A stretch of 42,617 bases of DNA from Nemertoderma westbladi (taxonomy: Eukaryota; Animalia; Xenacoelomorpha): NCBI GenBank assembly GCA_032718475.1, contig JAUCBJ010007260.1, forward strand, positions 1 to 42,617. Direction: 5' to 3'. Position 1 is the first letter of the stretch. Each line of letters begins with the position of its first letter. This document shows, piece by piece, positions 1 through 11,543 of the stretch. The translations under genes were made by a program, and so were the position numbers. Under the pieces are notes generated by a model that saw only the letters and a list, made by a program, of their open reading frames with translations, made no database searches and had not been told where the DNA came from.

Positions 1-257
1 GGATTTATCAACGTTATATTATTATATAAAACTCACCTCTATAATCGTGCATTCAACTAAAAACTGTTTTATTCGAACTCATGTATCGTATAACATTATT
101 TTATTTAATTATTTTACAGTACAGTACTCCTGGCCCAAAAATAACTACGGGTCTTTTAAACGACATGTATTTTACTTTTTACTTAAGGTGTAAGGAGAGT
201 GCTCAGCGCTTAGAATAATTACTTGTTTTTTAAATAAGCGCTTTATAAATATTGAAA

Positions 258-287
<30 letters not shown>
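258..287. repeat. (ATT)n microsatellite
   Basis: About 10 tandem TAT/ATT units read directly. Confidence 0.9.
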
Positions 288-290
<3 letters not shown>

Positions 291-384
291 CTTCTAATAC
301 ATATTTCTATAAGATGACCGGCGTAATGGGCCTTCCCTGTTCGGTCACCTTCTACATTCAGTAGTAACGATTATTTATCTACTA

Positions 385-827
385 TCCATGCCTTACTTTT
401 TATGGATGACACCGCTATTTTTGCCTCTACCCGTCAACGTTGTTTGCAAAAGCTACAAACTTTGTGCGATTTCTGTAAAGCACATAATATGATTATTAAT
501 GTAGATAAAACAAAGTTTATGGTGATAAACGGTAGCCACGCAGACAGAAAACCTTTATGTGCTGAAGGCAATGTGATAAAAAATACAGATACTTATGTGT
601 ATCTTGGGGCTATATTTACGCAGGATGGCAAATTGTCATCATGTTTGCAATACCATGCAAAAGAATGCGAGAAACATGTACGAAAATTCTCAATTTTCTG
701 TGCCGTTAACAGTAACATGCCATTTCAGTTAAAACTGAAAGTGTTTAATTGTGCAATACTGGCTTCCATTTTGTATTCATCTGATACGTGGCTTTCCACT
801 GTACCGGTGATTTTTCTACTGTACTAG
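385..827 (+). pseudogene. Non-LTR retrotransposon reverse transcriptase fragment (C-terminal half; clade not resolved)
   Basis: Translation HALLFMDDTAIF (motif C), INVDKTKFMVI and YVYLG, then KLKVFNCAILASILYSSDTW, typical of LINE RT palm/thumb. Truncated on both sides. Confidence 0.8.
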
Positions 828-1051
828 TTGTATGTCTGACTGAGAAAAATATAATACTAAACATTAGCCCAACTCTGTTAATGAAATATTATTGTTCGTT
901 ATTCTGTGCTGCAGTATATTGGAATTGCTGGAGAGAGAACTTGTAGTATCACCTTACCGCCCCACCACAACAGTGAAGGGAGTAAACGCTACACCGACAC
1001 ATACACATTACACATACATGTACCATAAGCCAGTAGGCCAATACATCTGAA

Positions 1052-1094
1052 TGTTGATTCTCAAGCTGTTGATTCTCAAGCTGTTGATTCTCAA
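1052..1094. repeat. 15-bp tandem repeat (TGTTGATTCTCAAGC) x ~3
   Basis: Read directly. Confidence 0.85.
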
Positions 1095-2439
1095 TTAAAT
1101 TGTATTCTCTACAATATTCCTAACTCTTGTTTATTTTATTTGTTTCCTTTTAACCTGCCTCTGTAACCTGCTTCTTTACTAACCTGCCTACAAGTGGATG
1201 TAGCTGTATAGGCATAGGTGTAAGCCTAGCATTCACTCCCACAGAGAAGGCAAAGGTCTTCTATCATATCCAAAAAGTCGAATATTCTAATTCTATCCGC
1301 TGACCAGAATGATGCCCGCATGACTGCACAGATGCTGATTGCTCCAGTAAACTTTGGATCAATTAAAGTTCATCCCATCATATCTGGAGCTCAATGCTGA
1401 TTACAGTGACCAACTAGTAAATATCGCAGTAAAAACATGACTAATCTCACAAAAATATCTTCTGGGATGGATGGTGAAGCAACTAAAAATGTGAGTCTCA
1501 AACTAGTTAAAGTATGGAATTATTCACAGTTAAATTGTAATGGAAAATGCGAATTAGTTGGCATTTCCAAGTATAGCTAGAGGTGGTGCTTATGCTACTA
1601 GATCTTATACCATTCGACCACAATGATCGATTTAGTGGGGGTTGGCATCTTCAAAACGAAAATAGAGTAATTATTTCTTGTGATATTCTACAACAAAAGG
1701 TTTTGACCACCGCAACCCACTATAACTGCATCTATTACAGGTGGGCATTTAATTAAAATAAACTTACACTTACTGCACTGATTTCCACAGTTCATTAAAA
1801 CAGCATCATCGTTTTACACCCACACCTTAAAAATCTAAGCCGGCACAGCATTCTTAAACTCAATTTCCACTCAATTTAAACCAAAATGCTAATTATCACA
1901 ATCACACATCGTATTATCGCACATCACAATATCGTACACTTCGTTGCATTATTTCAATAGCTGAACTGAGTTCAATATCTAAATTTTTTGGGGGTTACCC
2001 GAGTCCCACAATAATACAACCAATTCCAACTGAGAGCGAGAAACTAGAATTACTATATGAGCGCGATATAGGCCACTACTGTAAATTTAAACCAGGATAA
2101 CCAGAATAGTGGTAGATGTTCGAAGCCAGTTGACCAACAGTGCACTAGTGCAGTACTGCGTACAGTAAGTGAATCATCATAGTCCGGCAGCAAAATGCAT
2201 AGATTTCGGTGAACCCTGATTTTTATACCCATAAAATGTTTCATCGGTTTTGTACTCATTAGACCCTACTAAACCATATTTAGGAGGGTGTCGCCCATAC
2301 AACCTTGAGTATTTCTTATAAATCGTGTTACCATGGCTACGGAGTTGTTTATCTGCAGCAACCATGTTTTAAACACACAATGGTTAAAGGATTTACCCCA
2401 AACTTAACTAAACCAATGATTGCGAATTCGATGAGCTCA

Positions 2440-2750
2440 TTCTCAAATCACTGTTACCCTGGCAACCGTTGCTAGGGGCAGTAATAATCTTCTGTTCACG
2501 CCTTAGCAATCACCAACTTATGCATTATATGATCTCAGTATCAACATATTCCCTCAGTATACCGAATATTGAACTTGAATTCGGCCACAGTTATTATGAC
2601 AACCGTTGCTAAGGGAACTACTGTAGCAACCAGCGACCTAAACATTATAAACCTATATGACCTTACTGTTTCAACATACACCCGCTGTATCGTACATAGT
2701 GTGTTCATTGAACTTGTTTCCAGTCACAGTTACCATGACAACCGTTTGGA
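2440..2750. repeat. Diverged ~138-bp tandem repeat (3 copies) with X-box-like palindromes
   Basis: GTTACCCTGGCAACCGTT at 2453, GTTATTATGACAACCGTT at 2590 and GTTACCATGACAACCGTT at 2729 (spacing 137 and 139). Confidence 0.6.
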
Positions 2751-2839
2751 TGCAGTTTGTATGTTGTAACTGTTGCAAGTGGCCGTGTGCACTATAATAC
2801 GTGATATTGTTTCATTTATGAATGAAACAAGATTATATC

Positions 2840-3118
2840 ATCTGCATCTTCAAGGCCAGCATCCTTTATGATATGCGTCTCAAGAAAGACATGAGCTGTC
2901 CACCATGCTTATTTACTCCATAAGGTCGCCAAACCACAAGATTATGCACTGGCTGGACCTCACGGTGAAAGCAAAGCGGTTCCGTTCAAGTGTTATGCTA
3001 GCGGAGACTAATGGAACACCTCCAATGTTACATAGAGTCTAATTTGGTGATTTTTTTTATTGTGATTGACACAATGAACCCGATGCAGCATTCTTATTAA
3101 TGTGCCATCCAGAGATTT
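2840..3118 (-). mobile_element. Decayed 3' fragment of the same RTE LINE family as 3551-6537
   Basis: Colinear with 3676-3966, e.g. ATGCGTCTCAAGAAAG, CAAGATTATGCACTGGCTGG, TTGACACAATGAACCCG and ATGTGCCATCCAGAGATTT. Confidence 0.85.
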
Positions 3119-3550
3119 AACATTTATTAGATGAATGCATAATTTTTCGATTCTATGCAACATAAATCTTGGAAGACAGGCAGGTCATATCGCATACAGT
3201 ATATAGCCAGAGTCACTTTCATTCCAATTTCCTTGACAAATTGCATTTAGTATATAGTTTTAAAGGCTCAACAAATTAATAATATGGTAATCCCCCTTAG
3301 ATACTATACAGCACTGTTCAATTCCATAGGAGACCGTGTGGCGGGCTGTTGGCTTGATGCAGTCCAATGCAGTTCGCTCGTGTTAAAACCCACCAATGCT
3401 CAGTTTCATATTGCTACCGCCACATGCCATGGTCAGCTGATGTGATCCCTGGAACCTTTTTGGAGATGGGAAGCACATTGACGGTGTTACCATGATTCCC
3501 TTGTCTTGAGGGAAGACACAAATCTGGGATGCCACAGTTGTAGATCCTCC

Positions 3551-6537
3551 TACTACTACTAATACTACTAGGATCGGCATGCTGCATTGCAGCTGCATTT
3601 TTAAGAATGCTGTGCCGGCTTGTCAACAAAATTGCACCGCCACAACTTCCTATCACCCATGACATTTGCTAGATCATCCGCATCTTTAAGGCCTGTGTCC
3701 TTTAAGATGCGTCTCAAGAAAGTCATGGGCTGTCCACCATGCTTATTCACTCCATGAGGCTGCCAAAGTACAAGATTATGCACTGGCTGGTCCTCACGGC
3801 GAAAGCAATGTCCTGCAAAGCGGAGGCGATTTTGTTCTAGTGTCAAGCTTGGGGGAACCAATGAGACACCTCCAATGTTATATAGTGTCTGGTTGGAGAT
3901 GTGTGCATTGTACTTGACACAATGAACCCGGCGTAGCATTCTTGTGAATGTGCCATCCAGAGATTTGGTGTCCTCAGCAGTTAGAGCCCAGCATGGACTC
4001 CCGTAGAGGAGTACTGGAACTAGTGCTGCTCTAAATAATCGGACATTAAGTTTCCGATTAATTCTCGGTGACTTCCAAATCCTGGAAAGCCTATTCAAGG
4101 CTGCCCATGCCTTTCCCTTACGTATTCGAAGGTCCTCATCTGATTTCCGGATCCATGATCCCAGGTAACAGAAGTCGTCCACATGCTCAAGCATACCATC
4201 CTTTGAGCTTATGCTCATCCGATCAGAGACTTGCTGAGGACTTTCAAAGTTAACTGTCATAATTTTGGTCTTTCTGGAGTTAATAAAAAGACCAACACTA
4301 GAAGCAGCATGTTCTAATGAGCTGAGGAGCCGTTGGGCTCCCTCTAATGATTCTGAGAGTACTCCTAAGTCATCAGCAAAGTCTAGATCAGTTAGGTACT
4401 TGGCAGGATTTCCTCGACTTCTGGAGCCAGTAGGTGGAGTTATCATCACCCCATCATCATTATGATGATCTAAGGACATGCGTAGAACATAGTCAACCAC
4501 AATAATGAACAAGAATGGTGCAAGTGTGTCTCCTTGGAGGACGCCCCATAACACTTCAAATGGTTCTGTGTCACCGTCAACAGTAGACACAAATGTTGTC
4601 AAACCATCGTATACTGATCTGATTGCTGCAATAATTTCATCAGGAATCCCATATAATGAAAGTATGCTGAACATACGTGAGCGAAAGACTGAATCAAAGG
4701 CCTTGAAGAAGTCAACAAAGATAACAGCCAGATGCCTGTCTTTCTTTTTTGATAATTCTTCAATTATCCTTCTATGTGCCAAAATGGGCTCCATGGTCCC
4801 ACGACCTTTACGGAACCCATTCTGATTTCCACAAGAGCAGTCTCTCAATGGGATCCCTGTTGCGATTTAATATAATCCTATTGTATAGCTTTGCAGCAAT
4901 CGAGATCAATGAGATTCCCCGAAAAGAACCATAGAGTGTTAGGTTGCCCTTCTTGGGAACTGGCACCAACTTATTTGTTTTCATTTCTTGTGGGACTCTT
5001 GTTGTTCGATACATGTCTACTATGATGGGATAGATGAGCTTTAAACACTCAGGTATTTTAAAGACCTCAGGCGGAACACTATCTACTCCACTGGCACGAT
5101 TGGTCTTAATGCTCTTTGCAGCAGCCTTCACTTCTGCAAAGGAGATATCGCCAATGGGAATATCTGGGAGTACAGACTCAGACACTTTTACTTCTATAGA
5201 GTTATCAGGCAATACCCTGTCATTATTGAGGAGCTTTTCAAAGTGGGCCTTCCAACCATTGAGGCGATCGGCTGGTGATTCAGCCTTAACCTTGGTGGTT
5301 GGTTGGTTTTTCCGCCCAGTAAGCAGATTGATCGATTTCCATGCCTGGGATGATTGCCTGCTGTCGTCAGCATCATTGATGGCATCAACCTGTTGGTTTA
5401 TTAGCTCCTGTAGATTAACAGAGTACTGCCTGTTCAGGGACCTAGATGCAGCCTTAACTGCGTTCTTGGCCGCTGCAGTCTGTTTGAGTCGGGACTCTTT
5501 CTGCGCCTTATGAAGGTCATTTCGGCACTTCTGAATTTTGTTGTCAGTCCAGGGGGCCCTTTTCCTGTTTCGAGGGTATACAGGAACTGTTTCTGCAGCT
5601 GCTAACTTAACTGCTTCTGTAAAGGCAGTATAGCCCTCACAGTGATCTGCCGCCTCAGAGGCAAGAGCCTCATACCTGTTGCTCAGCTGTAGTGTGAAGC
5701 TGGATCTCACACTTGGCTGTTGCAACAGAGAGGACCAGTCATGCCGCGGCAAGGCAGATTTCGTTGTTCTGCTAGCACGCAGACTAGGTCTTACCTTGGC
5801 CACAATAAGGCGGTGATCACTGGAGAAGGGTCGAAGTGTAAATGCATTACAGTCTTCAATCTGGCCTCCCTGGTGACCCAGGGTTTGGGCCAGAAAGGTC
5901 ATCAGGAAAGGGACTCAAAGAATTGTTGGCTGCTCTCTCTCCAGTAGGGGGTGAGACAGGCAGCCGGTCAGGAGTTAACTGACGCCTGTGAGGCCGATTG
6001 TGTCCAGTAAATCCACTGGCCTCTAGTGGCCGGACCTCCGCATTGCTAATGTAATCCATAGTGGGGGTTGGGTGGTGCTTTTTTGCCGGTTTGCCATTCC
6101 ACAGGGTGGGTGTCGCAATGGAGTCAGATATGAGGCCCATCACCCATATCTACTCTGGCGCACATGACCCACCATTGGCTGTTGCAGCTCATCTGCTGCG
6201 TCATGCCCTGTACCCTTGCTGCCAGGTGCAGGTCGCAGTGAAGTGCTCTCAGAGTGGACATGAGAACACTCTACTCCTGACCAGCCATTGGTAGATCACC
6301 ATCTGCCTGGTCAGGCCATATTCCCCTGCAGCCAAGTATATGGGTCCTTAATCCAGGACCAAGGGCGTCCTTATCCCAGAACGAAGGGGGTCCTAGTTAC
6401 AGGACCAGATTTGCCCTAGTAAGAGGGTCTAAGCAGCTACAGGTGGCACCTCCTTTATGCTGCATGGAGGTGGCAAGTTTTCTTGATCAATGACCTAGAA
6501 TACCTGACCTGACATTAAAAGATGTAGTTGTAGATCA
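3551..6537 (-). mobile_element. RTE-clade LINE with (AGT)n tail, 18-bp TSD and internally deleted AP endonuclease
   Basis: TSD CACAGTTGTAGATCCTCC at 3533-3550 and 6538-6555. (TAC)n at 3551-3570 is the minus-strand tail. RT motifs lie inside the element. Confidence 0.9.
3601..5902 (-). pseudogene. RTE ORF (APE C-terminal remnant plus RT), frameshifted near 4830
   Basis: SDHRLIVAKV (end of APE), RASGVDSVPPE, PKKGNL..FRGISL, NQNGFR, FVDFFKAFDSV, GVLQGDTLAPFLF, DLDFADD and FCYLGS across ORFs 4808..5902 and 3601..4848. Confidence 0.9.
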
Positions 6538-6959
6538 CACAGTTGTAGATCCTCCAGTACCAAGTCACCTTAAAACCAGCCAAACCATTGGTGGGCGCTT
6601 TGCTGAGGAAAAGAAAGGAAATTGTGAAAGAGCGGAAATATTAAGAACTTGTAAACCGCGTATTCCTTTTCTACCCAGTTGCTTTGAATACTTCGGTCGC
6701 GTCGCCCTGCTCCAACAACTAGAATATTTATCAAAGAGCTCGGCCGGAGATTACAAGCAGAAAGCTTGGAGCCCCGCCCTCACAGATTTCTACATCAAAG
6801 CATTCTAATTGCTATCATTAGCCCTATAAATAGGCTACGCCACATCAACCATATGCACTGTCTACAACAACACTGGGGGGGGGGGGGGGGGGTTTACGAT
6901 CTCCTTGACAACCGTACAACTCCAGATACTGTATTGTCAACGAATAATAGACTATGGAT

Positions 6960-7825
6960 ACGGTTACCACCACCTGGCCGAGGAAAGACTTACTAGGCCT
7001 CGGTTTTACCTTTATTCCCAACAGAGGTATTACGAACACCGACCGTTTCGTTTACCAGGCCCAGTATTTTAAAACACTCGTTGACGATAGTATTGTTGAT
7101 TTCGATAGGGAACTCAATACCAATGAGTTAAGTGGTTTGGAAACGTCACTCAACCAAGCCTGCCACGAACTATATAACACGAACTCAATACAATTCACCA
7201 TAGAACACTCCTACTCCACCTTAAACTACCTTGACCTCACAATATACCGCCAGGACGACAAATTACTTACCCACCTATATAAGAAGCCCATGTCCAATAA
7301 ACTACCCATCCTCTACGCTAGTTTTCTCCATAAACCCACTCTACTCGCAGTTGTTAAAGCAGAAATCCTCCGTTTTCGCAGACTTGCTGACTCAGATAAC
7401 ATTTTTAATGTCACCCGCCATAATTACTTGTAACTATGCAAACTTAGGGGATACCCACTCAACTTCCTACTATCAATGTATCTATGGAAACCAGCCAAAC
7501 AGTTACCCACCACCTACACCACTATACAGCATACTCAGTAACTCACCCTCCCCCCATCTACATAGCCACAATTCCTTATTTTTTAACATCTATGTCCAAA
7601 ATCATCGCCCGGCATCAAAATCACCTTAGTAACATAGGTATTGCTATTAAACCCATCCCACGCAACCTCCCAAACCTTGGACAAATGCTTATACGTAAAC
7701 TAGACCCACTTATCCCGGTAGGTAATCACCAATGTCGCGCACCCCGTTGCTTATGTTGTCTAGCCATTACAAACATTCGTAAAACACACTGGAATGAATC
7801 CATTTACGGCCGCTTTAACCCTATT
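6960..7825 (+). pseudogene. Penelope-like element RT/thumb/linker fragment, internally deleted
   Basis: LLGLGFTFIP (PLE N-terminal motif) is joined almost directly to FKTLVDD, IQFTIE, LNYLDLTI, LYKKP, RGYP, PNLGQML and the Cys linker CRAPRCLCC. Confidence 0.8.
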
Positions 7826-7829
7826 AGTA

Positions 7830-9086
7830 CTGGGCTATAAAATGTTGTACAAATACCGGGGCGGGACATTTACCCTCTAAAATCTACAAATTTTTATGAA
7901 AACGTCTGATTTTTTGTTTGTTCGTAGGTATCACTAGTCTGGCTGGATCCGACCGAAAAAAAAAATTTCCAAAAAATGTACTGGGGTGGTTATATTGCAG
8001 CACCAAAATTACAAGTAGTGCACCAATTTTCACAAAATTTTAAAGTTACATTTTACGGCTAATTATTTTTCAATACAGGTTTTCTGGGGCGCAAAATACA
8101 TTGGAAAATATTTAAAAATGATATGATTACTATAAATGGCTGTTTAGTCCTCTCTGCGTAGGAAAAAAATGAAAAAAACAAGTAACCAGCACTTTTCAAT
8201 TAGAACACAAAATTTTTAATTCACTTATATACGATGCTATAAATTCACATTTTCAGGTTTTCTAGGGCGCTGATTCTAATGGTATATGCCAGATCATTGC
8301 TACTTGGTATTTTTCGGCGTAATTTGGCAAATTTTGGTGCTAGCACCAAATTTCGTACCCATCACCAAAAAGTATAAGTTTGCAATGTCCAGTGCTTTTT
8401 TTACTGATTCCATTGAATTCAGAACCCTCACAAACCCGTATAACGCAAGAAACAAGGTGACACAATCAATTGATACATTTGATGGTTTTCAAAATTTGGT
8501 GCTAGCACCACATTTTGCACCCACTTCCGAAAAATACAAGTTTGAGATGTCTAGTTCGATAATTACATATTCCATTTAATTCAGAACAGCCATAAACCTC
8601 TAAACGCAAGAAATAAATTTTAAAAATCGAAAAATAGAAGTTTGATACGCTTGGTGCAACTCGTATATATTCCATCGAAACCAGAACCCAAAAAAACCCC
8701 AATTGCGTAAAAAACAAGTTTCAAACAATAAATTTACAAAATGTACATATTTCAAAATTTGGTGCTGGCACCAAAATTTGGCACCCGCCGAAAGAAAACA
8801 AGTTTGAAATTTCAAAATCAATTTTTATGAATTCTGTCCAATTGCTAACACCAAAAAACCGGTGTAAATCAAAAATAAAGATGTTACAATTCATATTTAA
8901 TGAAATGTAATTTTCAAAAAACGTCTCAAAAACAATGCCAAAAGTAGGGTTAAAAAATGGTGCTATAACTCGAAAACTACCCAATATTTTTGAAAACGGT
9001 TTTCACTACTAGGAAGACAATAGATTTTTAGGAAAAGTCATAAAATTTCAGATTTCCAACTGCGTTTGTTGCAGGTGTTCCATTAA
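7830..9086. mobile_element. Probable non-autonomous DNA-transposon remnant with internal palindromic sub-repeats
   Basis: AT-rich non-coding block starting where the PLE ORF breaks off. The palindrome TTTGGTGCTAGCACCAAA recurs at 8333, 8495 and 8758. No TIR pair or TSD found. Confidence 0.4.
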
Positions 9087-9201
9087 TCTCCCCTAGCTTG
9101 ACACTTGAACGGAACCGCCTCCGCGTTGCAAGACATCCATCTTTCGCCGTGAGAACCAGCCAGTGCATATTCGTGTGCTTTGGCGCCCGAGCCAGCGACT
9201 A

Positions 9202-9345
9202 AGCATGGTGGACGGCCCATGACTTTCTTGAGACGCATCTTATAGGACACTGGCCTTGAAGATGCGGTTGACGCCGGCTCAAGATTCCTAATATATAGGT
9301 AATATATATTATATATAATGCAGCTGCAATGCATCATGCCAATTG
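9202..9345 (+). mobile_element. Short 3' fragment of the RTE family, opposite orientation
   Basis: GCATGGTGGACGGCCCATGACTTTCTTGAGACGCATCTTATAGGACAC and ATGCAGCTGCAATGCA match the reverse complement of 3580-3742. Confidence 0.8.
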
Positions 9346-9460
9346 TAGTTGTATCCTGCACGTTAACTGCCTTGGTTTTTACTTTGTATGCCGGGTTTGA
9401 GAATAAAATAATTAGATTATTATTATATAACCAGTAAGTTTTTTTTAACCTTCCACCTAC

Positions 9461-9662
9461 CTGGGACTGTGTAAACCTTAACTTCACAGACATGCAGTGC
9501 CTCTCCATTGCCACTAAAGATAACAAGGAACTGTCCAACTTTCCCCTCGCAGTTAAGAACATTTAGTGACGGAACACTTTGGTCAATTGTGCCACACGGT
9601 TCATCCGCGCTGGATCCCAGGCCATTCAAGAATGTTATATCATTGCTATTAGTTACGTAAAT
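9461..9662 (-). CDS. Internal exon encoding the C-terminal half of an F-type lectin / F5-8 type C-like domain (host gene)
   Basis: Acceptor TTTTTGCTGCAG| and donor CAG|GTAGGT bound a 202-bp open frame IYVTN...CGTI...LNCEGKVGQFLVIF...LHVCEVKVY, matching the C...GRYV.I...L.LCEV.VY end of F-type lectin-like folds. Confidence 0.75.
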
Positions 9663-9952
9663 CTGCAGCAAAAATTACACAACTATTTATTTCAATAGTT
9701 TATACAATAATTAATGGAAGGGTGGGGGGCACCATGTTGTACTAAAACATTGGAAATTTGTTTTATCAGCGAATATAGGTTGTTGAGTGGTCCAGTAGGT
9801 TGGGCGGAGGGGGGTGCGGACGTGCCGGGGTGTGTGCGTGAGGGTGTAGGTGGTTAAACGTTACCTAGGTTAACACTGCTCCTAGGGTAACTTAGCATAC
9901 GCACCTTTGACGGCACTGAGGGCGTCACGTACGGAATTGAGGGGGAGCAGGG

Positions 9953-10262
9953 GTAGAGGCGGGCACAAAGGGTGCCAGGTAGTAGAGTAGTAGAGATGGG
10001 CACATAGGGTGCCAGGTAGTAGAGTAGTAGAGGCGGGCACATAGGGTGCCAGGTAGTAGAGTAGTAGAGGCGGGCACATAGGGTGCCAGGTAGTAGAGTA
10101 GTAGAGGCGGGCACAAAGGGTGCCAGGTAGTAGAGTAGTAGAGGCGGGCACATAGGGTGCCAGGTAGTAGAGTAGTAGAGGCGGGCACATAGGGTGCCAT
10201 GTAGTAAAGTAGTAGAGAGGGCACAAAAGGTGCCAGGTAGTAGAGTAGTAGAGAGGGCACAA
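9953..10262. repeat. 37-bp minisatellite, ~8 copies
   Basis: Unit GTAGAGGCGGGCACATAGGGTGCCAGGTAGTAGAGTA (starts at 10027, 10064 and so on), with an internal GGCAC-N5-GTGCC hairpin. Confidence 0.95.
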
Positions 10263-10347
10263 AGTGAGGGGGGGTATGTACGCATGCCATAGCAAAGGGT
10301 ATGGAAAGTGCGAAACCTGTGGGCGCTGAGGGCATCACGTAGTGAGC

Positions 10348-10733
10348 AGTAAGAGGGTAGGTAGTACCGTTAGTCGAGAGTAAGAGGGTACGCAGTACCG
10401 TTAGTTAGAGTTAGGGAGTAAGAGGGTACGTAGTACCGTTAGTAAAGTTAGAGTTAGGGAGTAAGAGGGTACATAGTACCGGTAGAGAGTTAGTAGAGTT
10501 AGTAGAGGTAGAGAGTTAGTAGAGGTAGAGAGTTAGTAGAGTTAGAGAGTTAGTAGAGTTAGAGAGTTGGAGAGTTAGTAGAGTTAGTAGAGGTAGAGAG
10601 TTAGTAGAGGTAGAGAGTTAGTAGAGTTAGAGAGTTAGTAGAGTTAGAGAGTTAGTAGAGGTAGAGAGTTAGTAGAGTTAGAGAGTTAGTAGAGCTAGTG
10701 AAGTTAGTAGAGTTAGCAGTAAGAGAGTAGAGA
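10348..10733. repeat. Purine-rich compound mini/microsatellite (GTAAGAGGGTAC..., then AGAGTTAGT/AGAGGT units)
   Basis: Read directly; almost no C on the + strand from 10483 to 10690. Confidence 0.9.
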
Positions 10734-11471
10734 GCACAATATACCATAGAAGTAGTAGCTAGAAAGGTAGATAGGATAATAGCACAGAATAGGGGCAAAT
10801 AGAGATAAAAAAAAATCAAAAATAAAACTAAGAATATCAGGACCACCCCCGCACTACAGAAGAGCCTTCAAGGTGGCCTTCGGAGGTCTGGTAGACCACC
10901 CAGGACGAGTCGGTGTAATACAACAGCCGGCATCTAGTAGACAGGGAGGTGGATACACATATCAGAGGTGGGAGAAGTTGGAAGCGGAGAGACTTGAGGG
11001 GAATCGACTGGAAGAAGTCGCCAGACGAGAAAAGCAGAGAGAGACTGAAGCGGGTGAGACCGGGAGTGACGAGTCATATCACCTCCGAGCAGGGGGGTTA
11101 AGGCGCGTCATGTAGACGATCATATAATATAATATATATAATAATAATAATTATAATCTTATAATAATTATATAATAATTCATATATATATTATATAATA
11201 TATACTGTAGTCATGTACAACCTTTTCCAATTAGCTACTGGGACTGGGGACTAATTGACTAGAACAGCAGAACGAGACTCAGACGGATCCCACTGACATG
11301 ATGTATGCGTGGGACCCGAGAAGATTGTGGTCATTAAACAACAGGACGGAGTTCAGGATTTATTGTGAAAGCTCGTATCCTGCGGGATAAGAATCGTGCA
11401 GATGGGCACTACCGGGATATGAGTAGGAGGGGCACTTGATGGGACCACAGGCGTGGAGAGTGAGGGAAAAA

Positions 11472-11543
11472 ATGAGAGGAGTATGAGAGGAGTATGAGAG
11501 GAGTATGAGAGGAATATGAGAAGAGTATGAGAGGAGTATGAGG
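11472..11543. repeat. (GAGGAGTATGA)n-like short tandem repeat
   Basis: About 6 imperfect 11-13-bp units. Confidence 0.8.

Larger units (their letters stand above)
3330..6840 (+). pseudogene. CRE-like non-LTR retrotransposon restriction-like endonuclease (RLE) fragment, in two parts (3330-3550 and 6556-6840) split by the RTE insertion
   Basis: Removing the RTE and one TSD copy gives GDGKHIDGVTMIPLS*GKTQIWDATVVDPPVPSHLKTSQTIGGRFAEEK...KERKY...FIKELGRRLQAESLEPRPHRFLHQSILIAI. This follows the DGKRPDG..PW..GK...WD.TV.D / K..KY / ELGRRL / FL.QR.S.AI pattern of CRE-type RLE domains. Confidence 0.7.

Noticed and set aside
1190-2370. Possible further exons or decayed coding sequence
   Set aside because: Stops in all frames tried and no recognisable motif; cannot be supported.
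6143-6537. HDV-like ribozyme in the RTE 5' UTR
   Set aside because: I could not assign P1/P2/P3/P1.1 and J4/2 by eye, so it is reported only as a structured region.
9854-10338. Three overlapping repetitive ORFs
   Set aside because: They are by-products of the stop-free 37-bp minisatellite read in all three minus-strand frames.
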